Assembly: GCF_009914755.1 (NCBI RefSeq) | Contig: NC_060940.1 | Length of the DNA stretch: 64,000 nt | DNA from: the human T2T-CHM13v2.0 reference genome, Homo sapiens | Strand: one strand, 5' to 3' | Shown here: positions 40,866-53,225 of the stretch, piece after piece | Layout: every line of letters starts with the position of its first letter | How positions within the stretch are numbered: position 1 is the first letter of the stretch | Made by a program: the position numbers and the translations under genes | The notes under the pieces: model-generated | Databases searched by the model: none | Told to the model about the DNA's origin: nothing | Seen by the model: the letters and a program-made list of their open reading frames with translations, nothing else

Positions 40866-41254
40866 AGTCCGATCAGCAGCCTTGGAGCCGCTACAGCATT
40901 AGGTAACCAACTCAAGGCTGGTTCCGCCCGGAGCCATTTAATTTTGGGGAAGCAACATTTAGCTGACTTGAAAGAAGGGGGAAGCAAGCTTGCAGAAAGA
41001 GATTGATTTCCACAAAACACAAATTCATACTTACTAAATGCCTTAACACTTTGGAATCAATTAAAATGAGATAGAGAAAAAGACACAAAGAAATAGAGGA
41101 TAACAGGAAAGAAAGAGGGCAGGGAGGAGAGAGGCTTACTGGGGAGCAGAACAGAAGGACCTCAATCCAAGGAGACGACTCCCTTGGGAAAGAGAGGAAT
41201 CCTGGGGTGCTAGAAGATTTCATTTTGTAGATCTGGGGGACTGGTGGTCATGGA

Positions 41255-41445
41255 CCAAGGGTCAAGGGCTCCCAGTTAGGGTCAGAATCAGCTTCAAGGG
41301 CATGAAGGTAAGGGGTTAAACAGTCTAGACCCCATATCCACAGGTTCTGATTCATTAGGTCTCTGGAAGACTGGGAATCTGCCCATCTAACCATCCACAG
41401 GATCCAGTGCAGGTGGTCTGGGACCACACTCTGCAAAGCAAGAAC
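41255..41445 (-). mobile_element. MER5A/B fossil
   Basis: TTCTGATTCATTAGGTC...GCAGGTGGTCTGGGACCACACTCTG. Confidence 0.7.
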
Positions 41446-41742
41446 TAGACTAGAGAGATCATGCTGTGCCCCTGGTCACCATGGTAGCAGCAATGACCAC
41501 AGGCATTGCTTATCCCTAGGATTACTGCAGGAAACCTGAAGACAAACAGCAAAAAGACCCTTGCATCAGCCCCTCCAGAGAAGATGAGGCCTTTTGGAGA
41601 AATCTTTAAGGGGAAGAAATCAGCAAAATTTGGGAGATGAGGTTGGTCAGAGAGATGGAGAAAGGGGTGGTCTTTGAAATCTCTCAGGCTCCTGGCTTGG
41701 GTAGCCTGCTTCCCAAGAAGCATGACTCAAAACAGGGCTGGA

Positions 41743-42500
41743 CCACTTTGGAAGACAGTTTGGCAGTTTTTTACAAAAAACTAAACACACTTGCACCATA
41801 TGATCCAGCCACTGTGCTCCTTGGTATTTACCCAAAAGGGTCAGAAACTAGCATACACACAGAAACCTGCACACAGGTTTACAGTGGCTTGAGTCATAAT
41901 TGCCAAAACTTGCAAACAACCAAGATGTCCTTCAGTAGGTGAATAAAGAATCTGGGGTACATCCACAGGTGGAAGGAATATTACTCAGTGCTAAAAAGAA
42001 ACTATCAAGCTATGAAAGGACATGAGGAAATGTAAACACATATTGCTAAGTGAAAGAAGCAAATCTGAAGATGTTACATACTGTGTGAATCCAACTTATG
42101 ACATTCCAGAAAAGACACAATCATGGAGACTGTAAAAAGATCAGTGGCTCCCTGAGGCTAGCGGGGAGGGAAGAATGAATAGGTGGACACAGAGGATTTT
42201 TCGGGCAGTGAAACTACTTTGTTTGATACTGTAATGGTGGATACCCGTCCTGATACATTTGTCCAAACCCATAGAATGTACAACATCAAGGGTAAACTCT
42301 AATGTAAATTATAGTCTTTGGGGGATAATGATGTGTGGATGTAGGTACATGTACCACTCTGGTGAGGATACTGATAGTCAGGGAGGCGTGCCTGTGTGCA
42401 GGCAGTGGGTATATGGGAACTTTGTACTCTCTGCTCAATTTTGCTATGAACCTAAAATTGCTCTTTAAAAAAATAAAGTCTATTGAAAAAAAATAAAAAC
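41743..42500 (+). mobile_element. 5'-truncated L1MC1-like element (ORF2 C-terminus plus 3' UTR)
   Basis: Translates to ..PYDPATVLLGIYPK.. (L1 ORF2p C-terminus); AATAAA and A tail; TSD CAGGGCTGGA at 41733-41742 and 42501-42510. Confidence 0.9.
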
Positions 42501-43219
42501 CAGGGCTGGAGATTGCCTCAGGTCCCATGAAATAGGGGAGTACTAGGGAGTCTAAGTGGTGAAACATAGGCAGGGGGCTAAAACTATTAGGGACATGGCA
42601 GGAGTAAACCCAAGCCACTGGCCAGGTGCCAACTTCTTAATGAGTGAGTGAAGTATGGTGGGGTAGATGGGTTGGGAAATCAGAACAACAAGTTCAGGCT
42701 CCGTTTCTCTCCACCTCTCTGGCCAGTGCCGATGTTATTGCAAACAGAAGCAAGATCTTAACGAGAGAGCAGTCTCTCTGCACTGTTTGAAATTCTCAAA
42801 GATCCCTTAATCCCCCCAAAAGAAAACAGTTCAAACAGGTGCATAAACTAGCCAGTTAAACGGGAAGCCCCAAGCATCATTATTCTCTGGGTGAGGCCTC
42901 CTAATGCCCCCTTAATGCAGAATCTCCCTGCCTGCTCCTAATAAGGGCTTCTCTCCTTCATGAGAGTCCTATAAAATGCATAAATATTCCTCAAGGAACC
43001 AAGAGAGCTCCTAACAGTCTTTAATAGCTATCATAAAATGAAGGATAAACTGTATGAAAGGAGATTGGTCATGATAATAGTACAAGATACGTGAGCAATG
43101 AATTTCCTAACCCCTCCCTGGCTGAGTTTTTCTGTAGAAAGATATTGCCTGGAGTTGGGAGCCTGCCCGGAAGAGGCTGGGGAGGGGACAGCCAGTCTTT
43201 GGTCAGAGAATCCTGGACC

Positions 43220-44010
43220 AATTGAACTGGGAAAGCTGAGGTCTAGAGTTGGGAGAGGATGTGCCTAAAGTCATACAGCAAATGACAGACCCCAATCCAA
43301 AATGACCATGATTTCCTGTGGTCCAGATCAGGTGTATCCTAGGAATTTGCATTCTTCCTTTATTCCCTGGATGATCAAGATAAAAACTAGTGTATACTAA
43401 CCAAGCCTGTGACCGAAACAGCTTTGGCCCTGGCTACACAGATTCCTCCAGCCCCTGTGTGGGCCAGACGCCAGCGTGTTGATGGGACCCACGGCCTGAG
43501 CACTGCTCAGAAACTGGAAAGGGACTAGAGAGCATGTTAATAAGGTAGGGATCAAAGACAGGACACAGAGCTGAACATCCACAGACCAGGAAAACAAGGG
43601 CAGGCTCTAGACAGCTGTTTTCCAGAATGGGTGCTATGATAGACTTGCTGTGAACACCCCAGGGACATGAAGCCTGGGGAGGATGACTGAGTTGGCAGAA
43701 GAGCCCACAGCAGACAGATAGCAAAGTACCTAGCCCATGTCCTAGTATGTAACGGGAGCTCAATAAACAGCAGGTCTTGACAGGTGTAGCACTGAAGGTC
43801 TACAGAGGTGCTGCTCTGGCCAGGAACTGCTGATTATTGAGCTCCTATTGTATGCCAGGACATGAGCTAGGGGCTTTGCATGTATAATGGCATTCAGTGC
43901 TAAAATTGAGTCTAACCACACTGACCCACAGATATAAGTATGCACTTAGGCTGATGAAATAATGTCCAAACAACACAGCCTGGATCCAAGCACTTGTTCC
44001 TGCTTCCTGC
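43220..44010. mobile_element. MIR (-) / L2 (+) / MIR (-) fragment cluster
   Basis: GGGAAAGCTGAGG; GAGCTCAATAAAC; TATTGAGCTCCTATTGTATGCCAGG. Confidence 0.55.
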
Positions 44011-44539
44011 CTCTGCCCACTGGTCACCTAATTCTTAGGTTTTGCCTTATGGTCTACTGCCTCTTTTGTCTTGACTGTGGAATGGCTTCTTATGTTTGAC
44101 CCTCAGTACCTTCAGGACATAAGACTCCCTGTTCCTCAGACTCAACCCACCCACTTGCCCAGCTATGACTCAGGGATTCCTATCCCAGGGTTTGCTTCAC
44201 TTCCTGGGGTCCCAGCCCAGTCCATCCTGCTCATAGCACATGAGGTCCAAGAAGCCACATTTCATGTTCCTCTGCCCATCCAGGTTGACTAAAAGCTGGC
44301 TATGAGAGGCTTCACAGCTGCAAGTGAGCTGGAAAACTTCAGCTGAAGTCTTCGTTGCACAAAAGTCAAACCCAAACAGAGATGAGAGGTTGGGGCAAGT
44401 TGAGAAGAGTAAAGTTTTCTTAAAAGTTTTGCTTCCAGGCCAGATGAGGGAAACCTGACAATGTTTTCTGCAGATAACCTAAGATTCTGATGAGAACCAA
44501 TGTCATCCTAAAGGTCCTCAACAGCAGACCAAGACACAA

Positions 44540-47500
44540 AAAATCAAATGTAGAAAGACTAGAATAGAAAAATAGAACCATCATTATTTCTAGAAGATGG
44601 GCTTCATGAAAAACCCAAAAGAATCTAGAATTATTAGGCCAAGTGCAGTGGGTCAAAGCCTCCCAAAGTGGTTGGCCTGTAATGCCAGCACTTTGAGAGG
44701 CCGAGGCAGGAGGATCATTTGAGCCCAGGATTTCAACATCAGCCTGGGCAACATAGACAGACCCCCATCTCTACTTTTTGTTTTTTTTTTTTTTTAATTA
44801 GCAGGAGGTGGTGGCATGCACCTGTGGTCCCAGCTACCCAGGAGGCTGAGTTGAGAAGATAGCTTGAGCCTGGGAGTTCAAGCCTGTGGTGAGCCATGAT
44901 TGCACACCACTGCATTCCAGCCTGGGCAACAGAGCAAGACCCCATCTCCAGAAAAAATAATAAATGAATCTAGAATTAGTAAAAAAAAAAAAAAAAACTA
45001 ACAAAATTATTTGACATAAAAGCAATGTACAAAAATCAATATTCATTTCACCATCAAATGGATATAAATGAAAATGTTTAATAATATACAGTTTTTGGTA
45101 ACAACAAGATTCATCCTTAGCCTAATAAAAGATGCTAAAGACCTTTATGGAAGAGATTGGAATGACTTGTTGAAAGACACTGAAGAAGACCAAAATACAT
45201 GAATAAATAGACCTACCTCATGGGCAGGAAAACTCAATATCATAAAAATATCAATTTGAGAAAAATTGACATACATTTTCTATATTATTCTAATAAAAAT
45301 TCCCAACAAAGTAACTGTAGAACTTGACAAGTTGATTTATAAATAAATAAATGTATATGTATATGCATGTTCTGCCTGCTCAAATAAGAAAAATGTAAAT
45401 TGAAACTACACTAAGATGCCAATTCTCATCCAAAAGTTTCCTAAAAATACATGGGTTAAAAAGCAATTTTATACAGTTAGTAAGAACTCAAAATGGCATT
45501 AGTGCCATATAGGGGAAATTTACAGAAGTAAGATTGGTGAAGTTAAATGAAACCACGTAATCACAAATTTAAGTTGGAAGTATAAGAACTCATGATATAT
45601 CTTTAATATGGATGTGCAATATACATATTCTCTATCTCTATCCACTGAAATGGTCCAGAAACAATTACTAAGCAATAGCAAGAAGCCCTCTTAATGCCGA
45701 GATTGTAGTTTTTCTAAGTAGAATTTCAAACTAATAGGAACCAGGACTTCTTGGACAAATAGCTGATTCTAAGTCTGGGGTAGGAAATGTCCAATACGAA
45801 CCTGGAACACCTTGTAATTTCAGATTTCAAGAAAAGTAACAAAGACTACTGGGTCATGTAAAAAGATTTCAGGTGCTAACTTAAAGTTCCCACTCGCCAT
45901 AGATGGGAAAATTTGGACATCAATGAAGATAATGACTATAATGTATTAAAACACAACTAATAGATTTAGCCCTTGAATTCATAATATTTTAATAAACCTA
46001 TTTGTTACTTTTGGAGGATGCTGATGCCCTAAGTCATTGTCCTGAAACCCGGTAAAAGGAAAAGAATCAAGCATTTGTCTTGCTCTTGCTTTTCCTCTAC
46101 AAATTCTACCTCAAAGTAACCGAATAGTTAATTAGAGGAAATTTCTCTCTACAAATTATTCTAGCTAACAAGTGAGAAAGAGTGTTAGAATGCTGCCATT
46201 TTTGCATTCCTAATGAATTAATGGATCTAGGCTATGATGACCAATGGCTGCTATTAACACAAAAGAGAGACAGATAAATATCATGTGCCTCCTGATGGAA
46301 ATGCATTCCACCACCTGTGAAGTAGTCTTGCCTATCCTCCTCCCAAAAATGAACTTGAATCTGATCAAGTCTCAAACTATCTTATTTACAAAAAATATAG
46401 TGAATGGAGGAACATGTTAACACTACGGTGATATAGTACAATCCAGACTATGAACAACTCTTGAGATGGATGTTACTTGGATCTTGATTCAAACAGCTTT
46501 TTAAATATGAAAGAGTTTGAGAAATTTGCTTTGTTGACTGGATATGTGAAGTTATTAAGTTCTAGACATGGTAACAGTGTAATGCACATTTTTAAGGGTT
46601 CTTAAGTGCACACATGGAAACAAAAATAGTCAAGACACCACAGAAGCTAATGGTAGGGAAACTTGCCCCACCAGTCATCAAGAATAATTAGAAAGCTATA
46701 TTAACTAAGTGGACAGTACGATATTGGTGCAGGGATGGACAAATTGGCTAATGGAGCAGAGAGCTGAAAAACAGATCCATTATATGTACACAATCAATTT
46801 TTTTGACAGAGCTAATTTTCCAGGTGAGTGGGAGACAGTAAGACTAATCAATAATTGGTACTGCAACAATTGAATTGATTATCCACATGGAAAAATAAAG
46901 CCATTCAAGAAAAGAAGAAAAGATTGATGAATTCAACTATACTGAAATTAAGAATTTCTGTTCATCAAGATACCTGAGAGAAAGTGAGAAGATGGCTCAA
47001 ACTGAGAATGAAATTTGCCAAATACATAAAAGACCAAACGATTTGAGTCCAGAATATGTATTTGACTCCTAAAAATCATGGAGACACACAATCCAAATAA
47101 AAACTATGGAAAAGACTTGAACAGGTATTCTCAACAATAAAAACTAGAATAGCTGATACGTTTTTTAAAAAGATACCTCATTATGTAATGAAGAAAATGT
47201 AAATTTAAAACTAGGGAGAATATATATAATATACCCAATTCAAGAATCTGACAGTATAAAGTGCTGACAAAGATGTACATTAATGAAAAATCACGTACAC
47301 TACCAGGGAAGAGTATAAATTGACTCAAGCACTTTGAAAAGCAATTTGGCATTAGCTAGGAGAGTTCGGTTTGAGTATTACATATGGCCCAGTAATCCTA
47401 ATCTTAGGTAGATGCTACATGTTCACCCAGATATGTTTAAAATAATGTTTGTAGCATACTTGTTCTAGAAAAAGATTGGAAACCATCCAAATATTAATAG

Positions 47501-47950
47501 AATAGTGAAATAAAGTGTGGTATAGTTAAACAATGCAATAGTATACAACAGTGAAAATTAATGAAGTACATAGTACAGTACATAGACCATCATGAACGAA
47601 CTTCACAAACTTAATGATAAGAGTTGTATGCAAGCTGCATGAAAATTCAGAGTATGCATAAGAATCTCATAGCATGATACCATTTTTATATAGTTGAACA
47701 AAAAATACCTACCAATATCTTGTTTAGGGGTATATGCATATACATATAGGAAATTTTCCAAAAAAAAGTAGGTGAATGATGAATATAAAATCCAGAAAAT
47801 CTATATACAATTATGTATGTGGAAGAGAGGCAAACTTCAATGGTGATAGTCTTGTAATCTTTTTATATCAAGTTTTGAGCTCATGGGTGTTCCTTTCATT
47901 ACTACTTTTAACAACTTAGATAACTATATATTTGGTTTTGCAGCTAAGAA
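44540..47950 (+). mobile_element. Composite degraded L1M (ORF2 remnants, L1MC-type 3' UTR block about 45530-46600, L1ME-like 3' end)
   Basis: GAAAAACCCAAAAGAATC, ACAAAAATCAAT, AAACTCAATATCATAAAAATATCAAT, CACTTTGAAAAGCAATTTGGCA; A-rich sense strand; no intact ORF. Confidence 0.75.
44637..44965 (+). mobile_element. AluJ with internal micro-inversions
   Basis: TSD GAATCTAGAATTA(T/G)TA at 44621-44636 and 44966-44981. Confidence 0.93.
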
Positions 47951-48409
47951 ATGGTCTTTAACGATGGGGTTGACTCACTAGGGCTGGCACAGGTCTGGTT
48001 TCTGCATGGAAGAATGAGACTTGATGCTGGGAGGGGAAAAGGATGCTGTCCTCAGAATTGACAGTATAGCTGGAAGGCCCTGCATGCCGAGTGGATCTTA
48101 CTGAGGCAAACAGACATTCCCAAATGTGTGAGGTTAAGGAGAAAGAACTGTTCCTGGGCTGGAAGGAATATCTGAAGTTAAGTTTGCATTCATCCCTAAA
48201 ACTTGGCACCACCTTTGCGAGGGAAACAGACTCCCTGCTCTAGTGGGCAAGTGCAGGTTCACAGCTGGATGACCTAGTTCAGATTGATGAGCAATGTGTG
48301 CTTTTACAGACCCTCCATCTGCTTGCTTCAAAGGTTGATGCCTCCAGGTACACAAATTCCCAGGTGAGGGGTGGGTGGCATGGACGGTAGATGTCTAAGA
48401 GGCTTCCAG

Positions 48410-48520
48410 TCGTCTATTCCACAAATATTTTGGACACCTAACCAATGCCAAGCACTTCTCTGGGTGCCAGTGCCACTGAGATAAGCAAGATAAGGTCTTT
48501 GCCCTTTATCACACCAAGTG
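48410..48520 (-). mobile_element. L2 3' fragment
   Basis: TATTCCACAAATATTTTGGACACCTAACCAATGCCAAGCAC. Confidence 0.6.
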
Positions 48521-49364
48521 GGAAAAGGGAGAAGAGGAGAGGGAGCCCACATGGGAGAATGGCAGGCATTTCCTCTGGCAAAGGTCCCGTTCATTGGTCC
48601 TAATGTCAAAATGAGGTGAGAAATGTGGCTCAGGGAAACTGAAGGTACTCACGGCCATCAGCTGCATGTCTGCACTAGGTGGTTTTTAAATCTCAAAAAC
48701 AAGATTGATATCCAGAGTATTTTCTCTCCAGATCTTCCTAGTTTCCTTATGATTTCCTGAGAAATTAAAATAAATAAATTATCCTTAAGTTGCCAATGTT
48801 TACACTGATATATCAAATGAAAGAATGACGACGGAAGGACTTCTTGTAGAACCAGAGAAAGGATGGAGTACTGGGGGCATGAGGAGGACCTGGACTGAGT
48901 GTCCTCAATTTGCTGCCCGTCTGACATTCTGCAGTGGATTCATTTTCTACTCACACAACCAGGCAGATGAAGTCTGGAGAAAATCAATGTAATTTTTGTG
49001 TGTACTGAAACCCATTTCTTTCTCCTGGAAGAAGATCCCCCATGAGGCCAGCTGGGGGGGACCAGAAACCCATTTATGTGGCAAAGTTATGGGAGGAGGT
49101 TGTCCCTGATCAACCTCTGGTGGCTGAACTGCCCAGGACCAACAGGGTAGGTTGCTATCATGTAGCTAGAGTCGATTAAGTGGCCAAGGGTCCAAGAGAC
49201 AGGTGAGACCATGAGGAGGCACATTTGATGTGATGTGACCACAGAACCCTGGGTAGTCTCAAGGGTAGAAGCCCTGATGATGGGCTGTGCAGATGAGAAT
49301 GGAAACAGGATGATTCCTTGAAAATTTGTTCAAGGAGTTGCTGTGGTTCTGGCTTCCCCCTCCC

Positions 49365-49460
49365 CATACAATCAGGCATCTAGGTGGCAGCTCTTTCCCC
49401 AGCCTGGCAGAACATACAATCAGGCATCTAGGTGGTAGCTCTTTCCCCAGCCTGGCAGAA
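49365..49460. repeat. 48-bp tandem duplication (2 copies, 1 mismatch)
   Basis: CATACAATCAGGCATCTAGGTGG(C/T)AGCTCTTTCCCCAGCCTGGCAGAA twice. Confidence 0.97.
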
Positions 49461-49974
49461 GACTCAGGTATTGTTGCTCTCTAGGGACAGGGAACTAGAG
49501 AAGCTCCACACGCACAGTCAACAGAGACAATTTGGGGCTGCGATGAGGTAAGGTACTAAAAATAGGAGGAATAAGCAAAGTTGGCAAAAGTTGAACAGGG
49601 AGACGCTAGGACCACACACAGCCCAGCTTGAATTGTCACTCAGGAGATTAGAAAATTCCTCCTTGGGCAAAGTGAACCACCCAAGGGAAAAGACCTACTG
49701 ATACTAACATTTGGGCTGGAGGGAGGGAGGCAGAGAAATTATCAGGTCATGGCTCCATTTCTGGACAACAAAGCCCCCAACTAACAAGCTCTGCCTGACC
49801 ACACTAATATTCCCAATCATCAGTTTGACATTTCCCCCAAACATATGTGTGGACAGCCAAGAATCATTGAGTATTTGAGGAGTCTCTCAGAGCAAAGCAA
49901 ATAGAAATAATAAAGGAACTAAGACACAGATACAAGAAGAAAAAACAGTCACAATCTTAGTATCTTAAAGAGAG

Positions 49975-50417
49975 TATGTTAGTCAGGGTTCTCTAGAGGG
50001 ACAGAACAAATGGAATAGCTATATATATAAAGGAGAATTTATTGAGTATTAACTCACATGATCACAAGGTCCCACAATAGTCCCTCAGCAGGCTGAGGAG
50101 CAAGGAGAGCCAGTCCGAGTTCCAAAACTGAAGAACTTGAAGTCCAACTTTGGAGGGCAGGAAGCATCCAGCACAGGAGAAAGATGTAGGCTGGGAGGCG
50201 AGGCCAGTCTCTCTTTTCACATTTTTCTGCCTGCTTATACTCTAGCCACACTGGCAGCTATTAGATTGTGCCCACTCAGATTAATAGCGGGTCTGCCTTG
50301 CCCAGCCCACTGACTCAAATGTTAATCTCCTTTGGCAACATCCTCACAGACACGCCCAGGATCAATACTTTGTATCCTTCAATCCAATCAAGTTGACACT
50401 CAGCATTAACCATCACA
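49975..50417 (-). mobile_element. MLT2A1-type solo LTR
   Basis: TTAGTCAGGGTTCTCTAGAGGGACAGAAC...CAATCAAGTTGACACTCAGCATTAACCATCACA. Confidence 0.92.
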
Positions 50418-51734
50418 GAGGATAAGAAAATATTTTATCTACAAAACAGAAATTTTACTTTGCTAAAAATAAATAAATAACAAGTAGATTTGTGAATTTG
50501 TGAAGTAGAACAAAAAGATGGAAAAACAGAAGAGAAAAAGAAAGAAAATTAGAAGATCTATGGAGGAAAACAATAGACAAATGCTAGAAGCTCTAGAGAA
50601 TAAAGAGAAAAACAGAGAAGAGGAAAAAAAATGAAGAAATAGAAGAATTCCCCAGAGGACATGCATTTCCAGATTGAAAAAGTTCATTGAGAGTTTAGCT
50701 CAGTGATAAGGCGAAGATCAACACAAACACGTATCGTTGTAAAATATCACAACACCAGGGAGAGAAATAAAAAATATACTAAAAGCTTCCATGAAAGAAA
50801 ACACAGGTCATGTATGAAAGTTCGGTAATTAAAGTGTCATCAACAGTAATGTTGAAACCTAGAAGCCAATTCAAAATTCTAAACAACAAAAATTTGCAGT
50901 CTAGAATTCTGTATTCAGCATATACCCACAATCCAGTGTTCAGGTATGAAAAAAAGATATTCCTAAAACTTGGCCCATCAAATGAGAAATAAACCAGAGA
51001 AAAGGAAGAGGATGGGATTCAAGAAACAGAAGATTCAATACAGTGGATTGGTGAGTACTCCTGGGCTGATGTTTAAAAGAATTTCTAGAACCATGCAACA
51101 AGCCTATAGAACAATCCCTGTAGACTGGGCCAATAGGGCAGCAAGCGGCAAGAGCTGCAAGATGACCTTGTGGTTTTGATCTCATTGACAGGCATGGAGG
51201 GACTGTGAATGAATCCAGGATAGGCACAAAGTAACCCAGCAAATGACTACGCAAAACAATTACTTTAGCTCTTGACTCAATAAACAGTTGCATAAGAAAG
51301 AACATGTGATCTTGAGACATAACATGTCTCAACTGTGAACAATATTTACATGGTCATAACAAAAGCACTGAATATATATTTAACCAAGATGGGTGAGAAA
51401 TAATTGTAGGAGGGGGAGAAAGGATGTATATTTGGGGACTGGGGAGCAGGGGCTGGTAGAAGAGAGCTATAACCTCATCTTCCACAGCAGGAAGACAATA
51501 GATCACGTCTAATACAGGAAAAATTAAAATAGCAGTATACATGTCATTAGAGATATAAAGGTGAATATAAAAAAAGAAATAGGAGTTGAAAGCTATTGCC
51601 TTTGGGGAACAGAAATCAGGAGTGAGAAGGAATTGATCAGGGGTCTGCTGTTTCTCATTATGATCCTACTAGAACTACTTGACATTTTAATCTGTTCCTT
51701 TGATAAAAATTGAAATTATATTTAAGTTTTAGAC

Positions 51735-52035
51735 ACACATACCTACCTACATACACACATACCAATATACACACTCACACACACATACACCTATCTACAT
51801 AAATACACACTTATCTACAAATACATACAAACCTACCTACCTATATACATACATCTACATAAACACATGGACACACACACACATAGCTATTTAAACATAC
51901 AAACACAAACCTATTTACCTACCTACACACACACCCACACACCCCTAGCTACATACATAGACACATACTACATATATACATACACACACACACTTACGTA
52001 TATGATACACACACACCATGTATATACATACACAC
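51735..52035. repeat. Imperfect (CA/TA/CTA)n microsatellite
   Basis: Seen directly; resumes at 53226-53268. Confidence 0.9.
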
Positions 52036-53225
52036 TGTAGGGAGTGAAGAAGTCTTTTCTCATGGCTGAGGCCCCTACAACAAAAACCAGATTAACAACA
52101 ACAACAAAGCATACAAATTTATTTTTTATGTGATACCTGAGCCTTCGGAAACAAAGACCCAAAGAAACAGGGAAGCCTGTGTGTTGTTAAATTTAACAAG
52201 TGGACAGGTGCAGAGGAGAATGATTGGACAAAGCATGTATGATCTAATAGTAATGTGAAAGGAAAATAAGTCTCAGGACCCCAAAATCCCTGAGCCAAAG
52301 GGAAAAGTCAAGCTGAGAACTGCATCAGGCAAACCTGCCTCCCATTTTCTTCCCAAATAAGACAGCTACAGATATTAAAGAAAAAAAAAAAAAAGCTACA
52401 TACCTCCCTCACAATTTGCCCTCAAGGAAATTCCTTGTGGGCCTCAAGATTTACCCTAAACAGTTCTGTTGAATTTCACCGTGGCAGTGGACATTGATAG
52501 CTGATCTTCACAGGTGCTCATCCTGCCGCTCACCTGAGACAAATGCATAGCTGATTGCTTCCTCTGCCCTATTGTTTATGTAAAAATGCAGATTCACGGA
52601 GCCAGACTAGGGCATAAGTGACTATTCCTCTACCCCCTTTCACATGTAAATTGTGCATTTAATGAAAGTCTGATCAAAGACCCAAAAGAATGTAACCTTA
52701 TCTACCTGTGACCTGAGAGCCACCCCCTCTTTGAGTTGTCCCGCCTTTTTAGACCAAACCAATGTACATCTTATACATATTGATGTCTCATGTCTTCCTA
52801 AAATGTATAAAACCAAGCTCTGTCCCAGTCACCTTGGGCACAGGTCGTCAGGACTTCCTGAGACTGTGTCACGGGATGCGTCCTTAACCTTGGCAAAATA
52901 AACTTTCTAAATTGATTCAGATCTGGGTTTACAGTAATAAACTTGGTGAAACTTAGCAAGGCCTGATTGTTCAGATTCTCTGCGTCCCTGTGTTGCTAGA
53001 GATAAGAACATTCCTTTCCTCTGGGAATAGAGTATAGGATGGGTACACCCCACATGAGAGTCTTACTTTAGGACAAGGGAGAAGGTCAGGTAATTCTTTC
53101 TAGGTTTTATGACCCACTTCAGGGTTTTCTCTAGGTGAGAGAGTGTCAGAGATACATTTCTGCTTCTGCTAATTTCTCAGATGCTAAGGTGCCCTATTTT
53201 GGGATAGCGTATTCTGAGTTCCATC
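52036..53225 (-). mobile_element. MER39/MER34-group ERV1 LTR split by MER4A
   Basis: CAGATTAACAAC...AAAGCATACAAATTTATT...GACCCAAAGAAACAG; end AAGGTGCCCTATTTTGGGATAGCGTATTCTGA. Confidence 0.65.
52254..52933 (+). mobile_element. MER4A-family ERV1 solo LTR
   Basis: TGTGAAAGGAAAATAAG...GGGAAAAGTCAAGCTG...CCTTGGCAAAATAAAC...TTTACA; 4-bp TSD GTAA. Confidence 0.88.

Larger units (their letters stand above)
49300..51730 (+). mobile_element. HAL1 (half-L1) element, near full length, with degraded ORF1
   Basis: CTGGCAGAAGACT, GAAAAGACCTACTGATACTAACATTTGGG, ORF1p-like FKILNNKNLQSRILYSA (50810-50992), 3' end GAGTTGAAAG...TTTGATAAAAAT; no ORF2. Confidence 0.7.

Noticed and set aside
41637-41942. ORF with a real protein motif
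   Set aside because: Dead L1 ORF2p C-terminal remnant, not a host gene
36036-50417. Possible HERV-L provirus between two MLT2A LTRs
   Set aside because: Different subtypes, separate host elements, no gag/pol sequence between them
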